A stretch of 64,000 nucleotides of DNA from a bacterium (GCA_963643165.1 CAVIJD010000008.1:4397-68396); one strand, 5' to 3'. Counted from the first letter of the stretch, positions 1-10,521 are shown. A program made the numbers and translations. The notes: generated by a model not told the origin, from the letters alone.

Positions 1-2
1 AA

Positions 3-3000
3 GACTCCATCACAGCCACAGAATACATCGACTCCACCCTCTTCGACACCCTGAAGACCGACGCGCAGTATGTGGCCGTGCTCGACATCAGCATCAAGCA
101 GATGGAAGACACCTCCCAGCACTACGACCTGCTCAACGGCGGCAAGTCGCACTATGCCGCCTTCCGGCTCAAGGAGGAACCCGAGTTCAAGTCGGACCTC
201 AACACCAAGCTTGTGTGCGACTCCTCCAAGTACAACGCATTGGAAAAAGAGCCCATATTCCCGTCGCCGCAAACGTTGATAAAAGAGGCGCGTGAGTTTA
301 AGATGGGCGAGTTTCCGATGGTGATGCAGCGCGCCCAATACGACTCCACCAAGAAAACCTATAGCGGCGACGGCTACATCATCTGGCGTCCGCTCGGCGT
401 TGACGTGCGGCTCAAGGTGGATTTCAAAGACATAAAGTTCAACAAGAACTACGAGATTATCGCCGGCACCGCCACGAGCAGCGCCACCGACTCCGCCACC
501 TACCTGTCGGCGATGACCAATGAACTGGGGCTCGACCTCGACTCGTTAGGCACGCCCGAGCTCAACAAGATTGTAGCCAAACTGGGGCAGAACGAGGAGA
601 TCAAGAAAAAATACGAAACATTCAAAAGTTGGGGCGAAAAATACGCCAAGAAGTACGGTGGCCTGCTCGGACCGCTGCAAGGCGGCAACGTCGCCACCGA
701 GGTGCTCACCTTCCCGTTGAGCGTCACCGACGAGAAAATCACCGGCTCCAAAAACGTCGTCTTCGTCATCAACAACATGTACTTCTCGCCTGTGGCCTCC
801 CTCATGGGCTTCTGGGCCATCTTTGCCGCCAGCAGCGACAACGCATACGTGCCGTTCCTCGCCAACAACATCTGCATGGAACCGGGCAACCTGTTAGGAA
901 ATGCCGACCAGCACATAGAAATGTACATGGGGCGCAACTATGAGTTCGACCTCTCCAAAGGCTACAAGATGCGCTTCAAGAAAGCCTCCTCCTTCAGCGA
1001 CCCCAAAGACGGCACCGTCATCGTGATAGACTCCGGAAAGCTGAAAGACCTGTTTGTGGATATTGACTTCCAGATGAACCCCGAAGACTTGCGGAAAATC
1101 GACAAAGACGGAAAAGCGCTGAAAGGAAACCCCACCGACCCGGAATCCTGTGTCAAAGCCTCGTTCCGTGCCAACCTCCGCGACTGGGACGACTGGATGG
1201 TACAGATCAAGATGGACGCATTTGCGCCCGCCGACTGCGAGAACTTCTCATTCTACCCCACAGGCAAGGGCATTTGGTATGACCACTCCTCCACCAAGAC
1301 CCCTGACGAGATAGCCTTCCCCAAAGGCTACCTGACCGGGGGCATGGACACCGTAAAAGGGAAAGGCAACAAAACCGACACCCAGCAGCAAGCCGAGAAA
1401 GACAAAACCATGTCAAAGGAACGGCTGGAGTGGCAGGGCTTCTACTGGAACGAGATGACCATCTTCCTCTCCGAGGAAATCAGCAACACCTTCACCGACA
1501 AGAAAGAGCCGAAAGACTCTATGGTAGTGTATCATTACGGCATCAACAACAGCCAAACCGACTCGGCCCTCTACCATCGCACGGGGACCCGTGTCAACTT
1601 CGGGGCCAAAGACATCTTCATTGACACTTGCGGCTTCACGGCCGAGTTCTTTGTGCGCGACATTCTGAAAGCCGAAACCAAAAAAGGCGGCGGCTGGGCA
1701 TTCTCGCTCGACACCATCAGCGTGAGCATCCTCAAAAACGACTTCAAACATGCCTCCATCAAAGGCGCATTCGGCGTTCCGCTCTTCTCGGGCGACTTCC
1801 ACTACCATTGCGCCATCGGCGCCGACAGCCTCACCTTCAACATCGATGTCATGGACGACACCCTTGACCTTGACCTCTGGATAGCAAAGGTCTTGTTCGA
1901 CAAGAAATCCTCCTGCTTCAGAGTGAAGAAAATATATGATGAAGAAGACACCCGCTTTGACATGACCATAAGCGGAAAAATAAACATTGACTTTAACGCA
2001 ATAGACGTTCCATTCAACTTCGCACTCTGCAAATTTGAGGGCATGGGCATGCGCAACTACAACACCATCAAGGACACCAGCACCGTGGACGGCTTCGAGT
2101 TCACGCTTGGAAAGTGGAGTTTTGCCTCGCCGCAACACAGCATCGGGGGCGTGGCATCAGACAAGTATGGGAAACTGCACAACTTGGCGGCACCCGACGG
2201 CGGTGAGGTCGGAAGCCTCGACATTGCGGGAATCTTCACCGCCAGCCTCAAAGAACTGAAACCTTACGCCAGTTATGACTCCAAAGCGAAGAAACTCAAA
2301 CTTGGCTTCGACACTGAGCTGTCGCTGAAAGTGAACTTTGGCGAAAACAACGCCTTCGGCGGTTCCTTCGGATTCAAATTGTGGGGCACTTGCGAACCAT
2401 TCAACAATTTTAAAGTCAGCAAGCCCGAATTCGAATTAGGCAAGATTGGCGTACAATGCAACCTTGACGTCTTCGATCTGGAAGGGGAACTTGAATTTCC
2501 CAGCAAAGACGACAAGAGTTTCAAGACTGGACTTAAAGGGAAACTCAATGTCAGTTGCTTAGGCGGTTCTGTACAACTGAAAATGAGTGCCGGCTTCGGC
2601 ACTGCTGAAAAAAAGAATGGTGCCGGCACCTACTCTTGGTGGTTCTTGGACGGCGGTTGCAAGTTCCCGGGTGGCATTCCCCTCGGTGCCATCAGCATCA
2701 ATGGCTTCTCCGGTGGTTTTGCTTACAACATGGAATCCACAAGAGACTTGTCAAGTTTAACCTGTCAAAATCTTCTGGCCAAAGCCGAGGATAACTCTAA
2801 GCAAAACACGGCAGTCAACTCCGATGCTCAATTTGTGCCAAAGTATGACTATTGGGTTGCCAATGCCGGCATCAGCATGGTTCTTACCGGTGCTGAAAAC
2901 ACAATGAACGCCGACGGACTCGTCTCGCTGCGCATCGGCGAAGGCCACTTTACCGGCATTTTCATACAAGCCAATGCCTACGTGATGACCAAGATGGACA

Positions 3001-6000
3001 AGAGCAAAACTCCCGGTGACGGCACGAACAACAGTGGCAGCTTGGTGAAAGCCTCTGCCTTGATGGGCTACGAACAGACTTCCGAATGGAATTACTTCCG
3101 GATTTCCATTAATGCCAAATTGGATATTAATCTTGACAAATTACTTAAGGGTTTGTCTTCCACCACAGTAGGCGGGGCCGTACAAGCCGTGCATTCCGGA
3201 CTGATGAGAGCGGGTGCAAGCATCGTTGGCGGCGTTGACACAGTACTGAACAACTTAGGTTCCGTAGGTTCCTCTCTGAAAAAACATACGCAAAGCTTGC
3301 GCGAAGATGCCGTAGAAAGTTCCACCGGCAGCGGTGGCGCATTGCCAAGTTTCAGCATAGAGGCGAAAATACCGATTGATTTTGAACTGAAGCATTACAA
3401 GAAAAACACGGCTGACGGCAAGAAAGGGACAACCGACTGGTATTTCGCCATTGGCAAGCCCAAATACGACGAGCGTGTGCAGTTGAAATCCAATTTAGAC
3501 CTTGTAATAGCCAAAGCAGAGGCCGAATTCACGTTCTACCTGCAAACGGGCAATGCCTTTGCCTACGAACTGCCTCCATTGAGCCAATCCCTCAAAGAAT
3601 TCTTCGGGTTGGAAAAGAAAGGCAAAGAAATGCAAAAAGGCGCAAGTGAGGAAGGGGTCAAGAAAACACGTAAGATCCCGAACGACGACTGGCTCAAAAT
3701 CGACAAGGGCGGCGGTTTCTGTATGGGCTCGACTTTCCACACCAGATTGGAGTTCTGCTGCTTCCTTTATCTCAACATCGAGGCGGACTTAGGATTCGAC
3801 ATCGCCATGTTGGATGTGACGGGCTTAGGATGCCCCGGACATGGTCAAATCGGAAAGAACAACTTCTATGCTACGGGGCGTGTTTATGCGGCACTGCAAG
3901 GAGAAGTTGGTCTGAAAATCAATTTAGGGTTCTGGAGCGGCAAAATCAAACTCCTGTCCGCCGGTGTAGGCGCCTTGTTGCAGGGTGGCGGTCCTAACCC
4001 GTCGTATGCCTACGGACTGCTCCGTTTCAAAGTGAGTGCCTTGAACGGGTTGCTCAAATTCAGCACCTCCGTTGACTTCAGCATGGGTGAGGTTTGCGTG
4101 CCCGGTGCCGGCGACCCGCTCGCCAACGTCAAACTCTTCCAAAGCGTAACCCCCGGCTACGAAAACGAGAACACCGCCAAGGAATCCAAAAACGCCATTT
4201 CGGCATTGACCATTGGTGCCATCGTGTCCAATATGCCTTGGGACCAGGAAATCCCGCTGAGCGACAACGACAGAACGCGTAAATTCAGGTTCACACTGCT
4301 GGAGGACGATTGCAAATACAGCACTGCAGCCAACACACAGTACGCTGTGGTTTCAGGAAGAAACAGACTTGTGTTCACAAACAACAAAAACGATGCTAAC
4401 AGCATACTCTTTGAAAGCGAAGAGGGCGGATTTGTGCCTGATGTGAACAATAAACTTTACCTTAAGGCCCGAGCCTTTGAGTGGAGGAAGAAACTGAAAT
4501 CCAATGAAATCAGCAGCAAAGGCTTACGTTCCGACGATGCTTATCATGTTTCCGGTTCAAATAAAGGGGATATTTACAATAATGCTCCCGACTATTGCTG
4601 GCGCAACCCAACCTATCTGGATGAAGACCAAAAAAAGAAATACGAAATACGCACCTGGACACAAGACACCACGCTGTTCTTCAAGACTAAGCCCATGGGT
4701 TACACCCTTAACAACCAGGTTGTATTCGCATGGCCTTACAACGGAGAAATAAACTTCCCAAACAAAGAATACGTGTATAGAAACGGACACTATTGGGTCA
4801 ACCTTTACCTGTTCAAAGATAGACCTGACCTTTTCAAAACAAACAACTCCGGAAACAGAACATGCAAGATTATTCTGTTCACCAACAATATTGTGGGCAT
4901 TTATCTTGGCAATAATTATGAATATGAACTTTCATACGTATATGATGCAAGTGGCAAACTTCCCTTGTTGAGGATTCAGTTGCCGGACAAGATCGTCGGC
5001 TTGGGAGGTGGATTTAAAATCAAAATTTACTCCATTGAGAAAAGCAAGTTCGAAGCCGGCTTAAAACAGGAAGATCTGGCCATCACAAAAGTTGACCAAG
5101 AAAAGAGCCGCATTGCCATCTCTGACCAAACGTATGCGGATGCCATAAACGCACATAACAACCCGAACGGAAGTTCCGGAAAAGGTTCCAGCTCTCGCTT
5201 TGGCTCTTCAAAGGGTAATTCAAAAAATGACCAAATTCAGTCGTCGGTTATTTTCGCAAACGGAAAAGGCAAAGGAAACGTCAATATGCCAAACACTCCG
5301 CAAATTAAGGGTCGTTCCCATCCTTCCAACACAGCACCAGTTTCCTTTTCGAACAGTTCTCCAAAGAACGTTGTCAACATAAGGAACAACCAGTTGGAGG
5401 ATGTCTATAACTCGCTGCAAGAGTCCGGAAAAGACACGATGTACTATAAGCGCACACGGCTGAAGAACGCCATTGACGTTCTCGACAGAGATGGGGATCT
5501 TATCTATTGCTGGACCTGGGCAGCCACAACAACTGGATGGGGGGGCGCTAGAAAAACACCCGATTATGAGGCCTTGCTGAAAACTGACACCTACGGAGAA
5601 GAAAGACCGACCGATTTCATCAGTGCCAAATACAACCTCCTTTCAAGCACTTGCACCGTCACTGTAAAAAAGGACAAAATCATCTTAAATCCTCATTACG
5701 CCAATAGTGTGTTGTTGAATGCCAGAGGCCATCTTTTCCTTCCGCACGACTACCAAGACCCTGCAATGTATAACACCAATTGCATTCAACCACCAAGAGC
5801 GTTCTTCTTAACCAACTATAATGCGGAAATGAATGAGTTGCACAATCGCTATTTCCAGCATTTTTTGGATCTTGAACGATCCTTCAAATCATACTCCGAG
5901 GTTTCTTCGTTCAAGAAAGGTCTTTCTGCTGCTGACATTCAAAATTTAGATCGAACGATGGCAAAGGGACTGGTGGCAAATCCTAATTACGCTTTTTCTA

Positions 6001-7007
6001 ACATCAGCCGCAGAATAAAAGCCGGCACTCTATTTGAGCGTTGCAATGAAGCCAATTACCATCCTACCGCCATTGACAAACCTAAGATATTGGATTTCGA
6101 GGCAACAGTCCAGAACTTTGTCCCCTACAAAGAGGAAGATTTCAACAAAACTATCAATATGGGTGGTAGCGATTTACTGGATAGCAGATATAATAATTAT
6201 GTAAATGGAGTTCGCATCATCGATTATGCTACCCCATCTTTGATGGATGATGTGGTTAAATTCCATAATTTTTTCCAACGGAATCAACAATTAGCGCAGT
6301 ATTTCAACAAAAAAAGTTGGAAAGACAAGAAAAAAATAGTAGTAGACTTGACAGACAAATACAAATATGCAATGTTCGAGTATCCGGAGCCATTCCCATT
6401 CCAGATGCCTCTACTTTACCTTCCTATGCACTATATGAGTATTAAAAATGCATTATACGAATATGGTGATAGTTTCATAACAAGCGGCGGGATTACTATT
6501 TACAAGAAAAACTACGACAAATCTCGTTATTTCATTTACCACAAACAACTTCCAAAACGCTATTGGAATTGGAGTTATTACTGGTGGAGTGCAAAAGGGC
6601 AAGGCACAGAAGATGCCGGAGAAGGCTTGGACAGGAATTTTTACGACGGAGGCGGAAGAACAAGAAGCACAATATATTACAATGCAGTTCCGGGACATCC
6701 TGACCAACGCCTCGACCATATATTGGGCAGTTGGTATTATCATGAAGCCTACCCCACCCAATTTAGCAATTCTCTCTCTTACGCTTTTGTCACTTCCAAC
6801 TGTTCTAATTTTGAGGCGACACTTATGAAGATAGCTGTGGCCGTCAAGAACAACGATCCTATCGTTTTCTTCCCCACCAAGCAAGTCTATACTAATGCAA
6901 AATACTATTACTCTCTTAAGAATATTTCAAGTTTCAATAAAATACTCAGCAAACCTTATTTAGAAGTTAAAAGTTATGATTCTGATACAGAGTTCAACTA
7001 TAAATAA
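3..7007 (+). CDS. Giant protein of unknown function (>2,330 aa), 5'-partial
   Basis: Uninterrupted frame-3 ORF from nt 3 to the stop at 7005-7007. There is no stop upstream of the first ATG (72), so the gene probably begins outside the window. A Gly/Ser/Asn/Lys low-complexity linker lies around nt 5150-5400. I cannot assign any family motif. Confidence 0.6.
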   Translation, partial: DSITATEYIDSTLFDTLKTDAQYVAVLDISIKQMEDTSQHYDLLNGGKSHYAAFRLKEEPEFKSDLNTKLVCDSSKYNALEKEPIFPSPQTLIKEAREFKMGEFPMVMQRAQYDSTKKTYSGDGYIIWRPLGVDVRLKVDFKDIKFNKNYEIIAGTATSSATDSATYLSAMTNELGLDLDSLGTPELNKIVAKLGQNEEIKKKYETFKSWGEKYAKKYGGLLGPLQGGNVATEVLTFPLSVTDEKITGSKNVVFVINNMYFSPVASLMGFWAIFAASSDNAYVPFLANNICMEPGNLLGNADQHIEMYMGRNYEFDLSKGYKMRFKKASSFSDPKDGTVIVIDSGKLKDLFVDIDFQMNPEDLRKIDKDGKALKGNPTDPESCVKASFRANLRDWDDWMVQIKMDAFAPADCENFSFYPTGKGIWYDHSSTKTPDEIAFPKGYLTGGMDTVKGKGNKTDTQQQAEKDKTMSKERLEWQGFYWNEMTIFLSEEISNTFTDKKEPKDSMVVYHYGINNSQTDSALYHRTGTRVNFGAKDIFIDTCGFTAEFFVRDILKAETKKGGGWAFSLDTISVSILKNDFKHASIKGAFGVPLFSGDFHYHCAIGADSLTFNIDVMDDTLDLDLWIAKVLFDKKSSCFRVKKIYDEEDTRFDMTISGKINIDFNAIDVPFNFALCKFEGMGMRNYNTIKDTSTVDGFEFTLGKWSFASPQHSIGGVASDKYGKLHNLAAPDGGEVGSLDIAGIFTASLKELKPYASYDSKAKKLKLGFDTELSLKVNFGENNAFGGSFGFKLWGTCEPFNNFKVSKPEFELGKIGVQCNLDVFDLEGELEFPSKDDKSFKTGLKGKLNVSCLGGSVQLKMSAGFGTAEKKNGAGTYSWWFLDGGCKFPGGIPLGAISINGFSGGFAYNMESTRDLSSLTCQNLLAKAEDNSKQNTAVNSDAQFVPKYDYWVANAGISMVLTGAENTMNADGLVSLRIGEGHFTGIFIQANAYVMTKMDKSKTPGDGTNNSGSLVKASALMGYEQTSEWNYFRISINAKLDINLDKLLKGLSSTTVGGAVQAVHSGLMRAGASIVGGVDTVLNNLGSVGSSLKKHTQSLREDAVESSTGSGGALPSFSIEAKIPIDFELKHYKKNTADGKKGTTDWYFAIGKPKYDERVQLKSNLDLVIAKAEAEFTFYLQTGNAFAYELPPLSQSLKEFFGLEKKGKEMQKGASEEGVKKTRKIPNDDWLKIDKGGGFCMGSTFHTRLEFCCFLYLNIEADLGFDIAMLDVTGLGCPGHGQIGKNNFYATGRVYAALQGEVGLKINLGFWSGKIKLLSAGVGALLQGGGPNPSYAYGLLRFKVSALNGLLKFSTSVDFSMGEVCVPGAGDPLANVKLFQSVTPGYENENTAKESKNAISALTIGAIVSNMPWDQEIPLSDNDRTRKFRFTLLEDDCKYSTAANTQYAVVSGRNRLVFTNNKNDANSILFESEEGGFVPDVNNKLYLKARAFEWRKKLKSNEISSKGLRSDDAYHVSGSNKGDIYNNAPDYCWRNPTYLDEDQKKKYEIRTWTQDTTLFFKTKPMGYTLNNQVVFAWPYNGEINFPNKEYVYRNGHYWVNLYLFKDRPDLFKTNNSGNRTCKIILFTNNIVGIYLGNNYEYELSYVYDASGKLPLLRIQLPDKIVGLGGGFKIKIYSIEKSKFEAGLKQEDLAITKVDQEKSRIAISDQTYADAINAHNNPNGSSGKGSSSRFGSSKGNSKNDQIQSSVIFANGKGKGNVNMPNTPQIKGRSHPSNTAPVSFSNSSPKNVVNIRNNQLEDVYNSLQESGKDTMYYKRTRLKNAIDVLDRDGDLIYCWTWAATTTGWGGARKTPDYEALLKTDTYGEERPTDFISAKYNLLSSTCTVTVKKDKIILNPHYANSVLLNARGHLFLPHDYQDPAMYNTNCIQPPRAFFLTNYNAEMNELHNRYFQHFLDLERSFKSYSEVSSFKKGLSAADIQNLDRTMAKGLVANPNYAFSNISRRIKAGTLFERCNEANYHPTAIDKPKILDFEATVQNFVPYKEEDFNKTINMGGSDLLDSRYNNYVNGVRIIDYATPSLMDDVVKFHNFFQRNQQLAQYFNKKSWKDKKKIVVDLTDKYKYAMFEYPEPFPFQMPLLYLPMHYMSIKNALYEYGDSFITSGGITIYKKNYDKSRYFIYHKQLPKRYWNWSYYWWSAKGQGTEDAGEGLDRNFYDGGGRTRSTIYYNAVPGHPDQRLDHILGSWYYHEAYPTQFSNSLSYAFVTSNCSNFEATLMKIAVAVKNNDPIVFFPTKQVYTNAKYYYSLKNISSFNKILSKPYLEVKSYDSDTEFNYK

Positions 7008-7018
7008 AAACATACGAT

Positions 7019-9256
7019 ATGAAGACAACAATGCTCAACAATAATCTCCTCAAAGCCAGCAATATACTTCTCTTTTTCCTTGGTTTCTGGTGCAACCATG
7101 CCTTGGCACAAGACATCGAGACCATTCAATATGTTGATACAACGGGAACTATTGACACGTCATCAACTTACGAGTCGCCATACGGAAAACGCTACAACTT
7201 TGTGTTGGTAGCGCGCAGCTACGGCGACAGCGTCGTGTTGCGTTGGGCTCCGGAGAACGCCGGCGTCTGGATTTCCGCCAACTACTACGGCTGGAACATC
7301 TTGCGCGACAAAGACGAGTCGGAAATTCGCGAGGACGACACCACCTTCAACATCCGGTTGAATGACAAACCCATCAAGCCGCTCTCCCTCGACGAGATGA
7401 TGCAGCGTTATGACTCTACCAACATTTTCATCGGGGCGGCGGCACAGGCCCTCTACGGCGAGTCGTACTACAACCCCAAAGAGGGCGACGGCTTGGCCAA
7501 CTACGTGTTCCGTCGCGACCAGGAACAAAACCAACGTATGGCCATGGCTTACCTTGCCGCCGAAGGACATCCTGAGGTGGCCGACGCCCTCGGCCTGCGC
7601 TTTGTGGATACTGCCGTTAAGGTTGGCCGTACCTATATGTACCGTGTTGAGAGCCTCATCCCGCAAGAACAGATCTTTATGCCCGCAAAATTCTTCATGG
7701 TCAACAACATTCCGTATGTGCGGTCCGAGGACGAGAAGATACCGGAAATACAGATCTACCAGAACGGTCCGTTCACAGCCTTTGTCTATTGGGAAAAGAA
7801 CAAACTGTCGGGATACTACGTGGAGCGCAGCAGCGACAACGGCAAGACCTGGGAAAAACTAAACAGCGCCCCCATCTACGGCTACATGCCAGACCACGAT
7901 GCCTACGAAGTGCTTGGCGACGACATCGGGAAACTGCTGGAACACAACGTCGGCTTAATTGACTCCCTGGAACTGAACGTCAAGTACCAATACCGCGTCA
8001 AGGCGTTTGATGCCTTTGGCGACTACGCTCCGGAACGCGTCTCCGAAAAGTTCGAGATGGAAGACCGCATACCGCCTACCGTGCCCGTGTTGGACGAAAT
8101 ACTGCCTAAAGACAACAAAGTGTGTACGCTACAGTGGTATATGGACAAAAAAGATGACGACCTCAAAGGTTTCATCGTAGCATTCTCGGACGTGCCGGAG
8201 GGACCGTGGAATCATGTTACCGAACTGCTTCCGCCCACCGCTCGCCAATGGACCGACAACGATGCCGAGAAGCGCGGCAGGGGCTTCTTCCGCATCTTTG
8301 CGGTTGACGAAAGCCAGAACTTCTCCTACTCCACCTCAAAGTGCAACAACATCGAAGACGTGTTCGCACCCGCACCGCCTACCGGCTTCCAAGCTTGGGT
8401 TGACACCGCCGGCGTGGTCTATTTCAACTGGAACAAAAGTCCTGAAAAAGACGTCTATGGCTACCATATCTATTTTGCCAACCAGATTGACCACGACTAC
8501 ATTCCAAAGACCAACTACAGGGTTGAAGACACAACCTGGACCGACACCGTCAGTTTGAACACCCTGACCAAGTACATATATTATTACATCGTGGCGGAAG
8601 ACTACAGTCACAACATCTCCTTGCCATCCGACACGCTGGCCGTGCCTGTGCCGGACACCATCGCGCCGGGCATCGCCCTGCTGGAAGACTACACCACCAC
8701 CAACGAGTCGGTGACCTTCAAGTGGCTGCAGAGCACCTCCGAGGACGTGGCCTACTACTACGTCTATCGCAAGTTTGACAACGAGAAGCAGTGGAAGTAC
8801 CTCCGCATCATCACCCCCGACGAGCTGGAGGAGAACGAGCCCATCATCCTCATTGACTACCCCGAACCCTCGCCCAAGAACTACAACTACTGCATCGAGG
8901 TAATTGACCGCGACGGGCTCTCGTCGGGCAAGACGGGACAGACCACCATACGTTTCCGCGGCGCGTCCACCCTCAAGATACCGCTCACCCTCAAGGCCGC
9001 ACCCCACAAGAGCGGCAACGGCGTCACCCTCAACTTCACCTACGAGTACGAGTCGCACCACGACTACTACGGCGTCATTTACAAGTCGGTGAACGGCGAG
9101 CCCGCCTACGTGCTGGGCAGTTTCAACCGCGGCGAGAACACCTACAACGACTTCAACGTCAACTCTGGTGACACGGTGTCGTACTACATCCGCATGATGC
9201 TGGGCAACGGCAAGCAGTCGCAGTCCTCTGAAACCGCAACCGTCAAGGTAAAATAA
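7019..9256 (+). CDS. Secreted protein with tandem fibronectin-type-III-like repeats
   Basis: 745-aa ORF starting 11 nt after the giant ORF. It has a signal-like N-terminus (LLFFLGFWCNHALAQ). FN3-style strand signatures recur roughly every 100 aa (YMYRVESL, YRVKAFDAFGDYAP, FRIFAVDESQNFSYS, YYYIVAEDYSHNISLPS, YCIEVIDRDGLSSG), each followed by Pro-rich linkers. Confidence 0.65.
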   Translation: MKTTMLNNNLLKASNILLFFLGFWCNHALAQDIETIQYVDTTGTIDTSSTYESPYGKRYNFVLVARSYGDSVVLRWAPENAGVWISANYYGWNILRDKDESEIREDDTTFNIRLNDKPIKPLSLDEMMQRYDSTNIFIGAAAQALYGESYYNPKEGDGLANYVFRRDQEQNQRMAMAYLAAEGHPEVADALGLRFVDTAVKVGRTYMYRVESLIPQEQIFMPAKFFMVNNIPYVRSEDEKIPEIQIYQNGPFTAFVYWEKNKLSGYYVERSSDNGKTWEKLNSAPIYGYMPDHDAYEVLGDDIGKLLEHNVGLIDSLELNVKYQYRVKAFDAFGDYAPERVSEKFEMEDRIPPTVPVLDEILPKDNKVCTLQWYMDKKDDDLKGFIVAFSDVPEGPWNHVTELLPPTARQWTDNDAEKRGRGFFRIFAVDESQNFSYSTSKCNNIEDVFAPAPPTGFQAWVDTAGVVYFNWNKSPEKDVYGYHIYFANQIDHDYIPKTNYRVEDTTWTDTVSLNTLTKYIYYYIVAEDYSHNISLPSDTLAVPVPDTIAPGIALLEDYTTTNESVTFKWLQSTSEDVAYYYVYRKFDNEKQWKYLRIITPDELEENEPIILIDYPEPSPKNYNYCIEVIDRDGLSSGKTGQTTIRFRGASTLKIPLTLKAAPHKSGNGVTLNFTYEYESHHDYYGVIYKSVNGEPAYVLGSFNRGENTYNDFNVNSGDTVSYYIRMMLGNGKQSQSSETATVKVK

Positions 9257-9295
9257 GAGGGGTTAGAAGAACCGCCAGCTCTGACACAGCCTGTA

Positions 9296-9689
9296 TTATA
9301 CAGGATCTGTCAAATTTTGAGGATTTCTGTTTATTGGATTATATTGATTTGCGGTGTCAAAGCAATTCTCCGCTGTCCCTGGGAACTGTTCAATCAAGGA
9401 CTTACGGACATTATCATATCCCTTAAAGACCGTAAACCATATTGACCAATAACCACCAGCCTTTGCCAAATCGACTATTGTATCAATGCCCACCTTTGGC
9501 TGTACATGTTCGACATGCAGGTCTCTCTGATTCTGGTTGTGGACTTCACAATAGGAGCAGAAATCACCGAGATTAGCCAAAAGTGGTTTTTTGGGCTTTT
9601 GTATATGGTTGATATGTTCGGGCAACACATTGAACTTTCCCCTCAACTGAAATCAATTCGCCAACAGCAGCCTTCTTCACTGGTCTCAT
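9296..9689 (-). pseudogene. HNH-type nuclease remnant (TIGR02646/PtuB-like), frameshifted
   Basis: The ATG at 9689 (MRPVKKAAVGELISVEGKVQ...) overlaps the upstream ATPase stop as ATGA, but that frame stops at 9573. The CxxC-H..H part (GDFCSYCEVHNQNQRDLHVEHVQPK) sits in another frame (track ORF 9296..9646). The switch must lie near the GAGGGGAAAG run. The C-terminal half lacks the usual second Cys pair. Confidence 0.45.
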
Positions 9690-10420
9690 CTGGAATTCCT
9701 TTCTGCTCTCAAAAGAGACACGTATGCGGGATTGTCACTATATTCCGCCTCCATTTCATCCAGTGTTTTCTTAATTTCAATTGTTTCCTTATCGTCAACT
9801 TTATCTGACAATACTAAATCATATTACTTGTCAGCAAGTTTTACCATATTCTGATATCGCTGGCTTCTTTTCAGGTCTGACATATTCATCTCTGTCGCAG
9901 CTATCTCTTCTACACTTCGGTATATAGGGTCTGTGTCACTTGTCACGCCATCGAGCACAACAAGATTTTCTTTCTTAACACTTTGGACAATAAACGGAGA
10001 GTGTGTGGTGACAACAAATTGAATGTTCGGAAATGCCTTACGCAAATCTTCCAATATATGCATTTGCCATCTTGGATGCAGATAAAGTTCCAATTCATCA
10101 ATCATAACGATACCAGGGGTTTTCTCAACAGCATCCTTTCCAAGAAAACCATTCAGTTCAACACAACGATGTGCAATCTCTGCTGCAATACATATAACCG
10201 ATTTAAAACCATCGCTCATGTGCTCAAAGGTCTGATAAGTCGGGGGCAAATCCCGAACTCCTACACATGCCGAAAACTCGTTGTTTTTAGTGTCAATATG
10301 AATGTCATCCAATGCAGGTATTGCTTTGTACAAGGCATTAATGAACGCCTCAAAAGTACCTGGTGTAACTTGATTCGATTTCAGATTACGATCGTATCGG
10401 TACAACCAGTCGAATGCTCC
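9686..10420 (-). pseudogene. ABC-type AAA ATPase remnant (AAA_15/21, PtuA-like), N-terminally truncated with an in-frame stop
   Basis: It retains an ABC signature-like MSDGFKS, Walker B plus HP (VMIDELELYLHP) and an H-loop (VVTTHSPF), but no Walker A. An in-frame TAA at 9824-9826 is followed by 45 more in-frame codons ending in the TGA of an ATGA overlap with the HNH start. The part of the track ORF above about 10420 overlaps the pepD terminator and pepD itself and is spurious. Confidence 0.55.
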
Positions 10421-10455
10421 CCCAACCACTGCCACTTTTTTTGCCGTCAGACGGC

Positions 10456-10495
10456 AAAAAAAAGGGAGCAGTGGCGGCTCGTTTCGCCGCCACTG
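10456..10495 (-). terminator. Rho-independent terminator of pepD
   Basis: Perfect 10-bp GC-rich stem (10468-10477 GCAGTGGCGG / 10486-10495 CCGCCACTGC) with an 8-nt loop. On the minus strand it is followed by TCCC and a T8 run (10456-10463). It lies 27 nt after the pepD stop. Confidence 0.65.
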
Positions 10496-10521
10496 CTCCC
10501 GTGACTCATTGTAAGCTCCCG

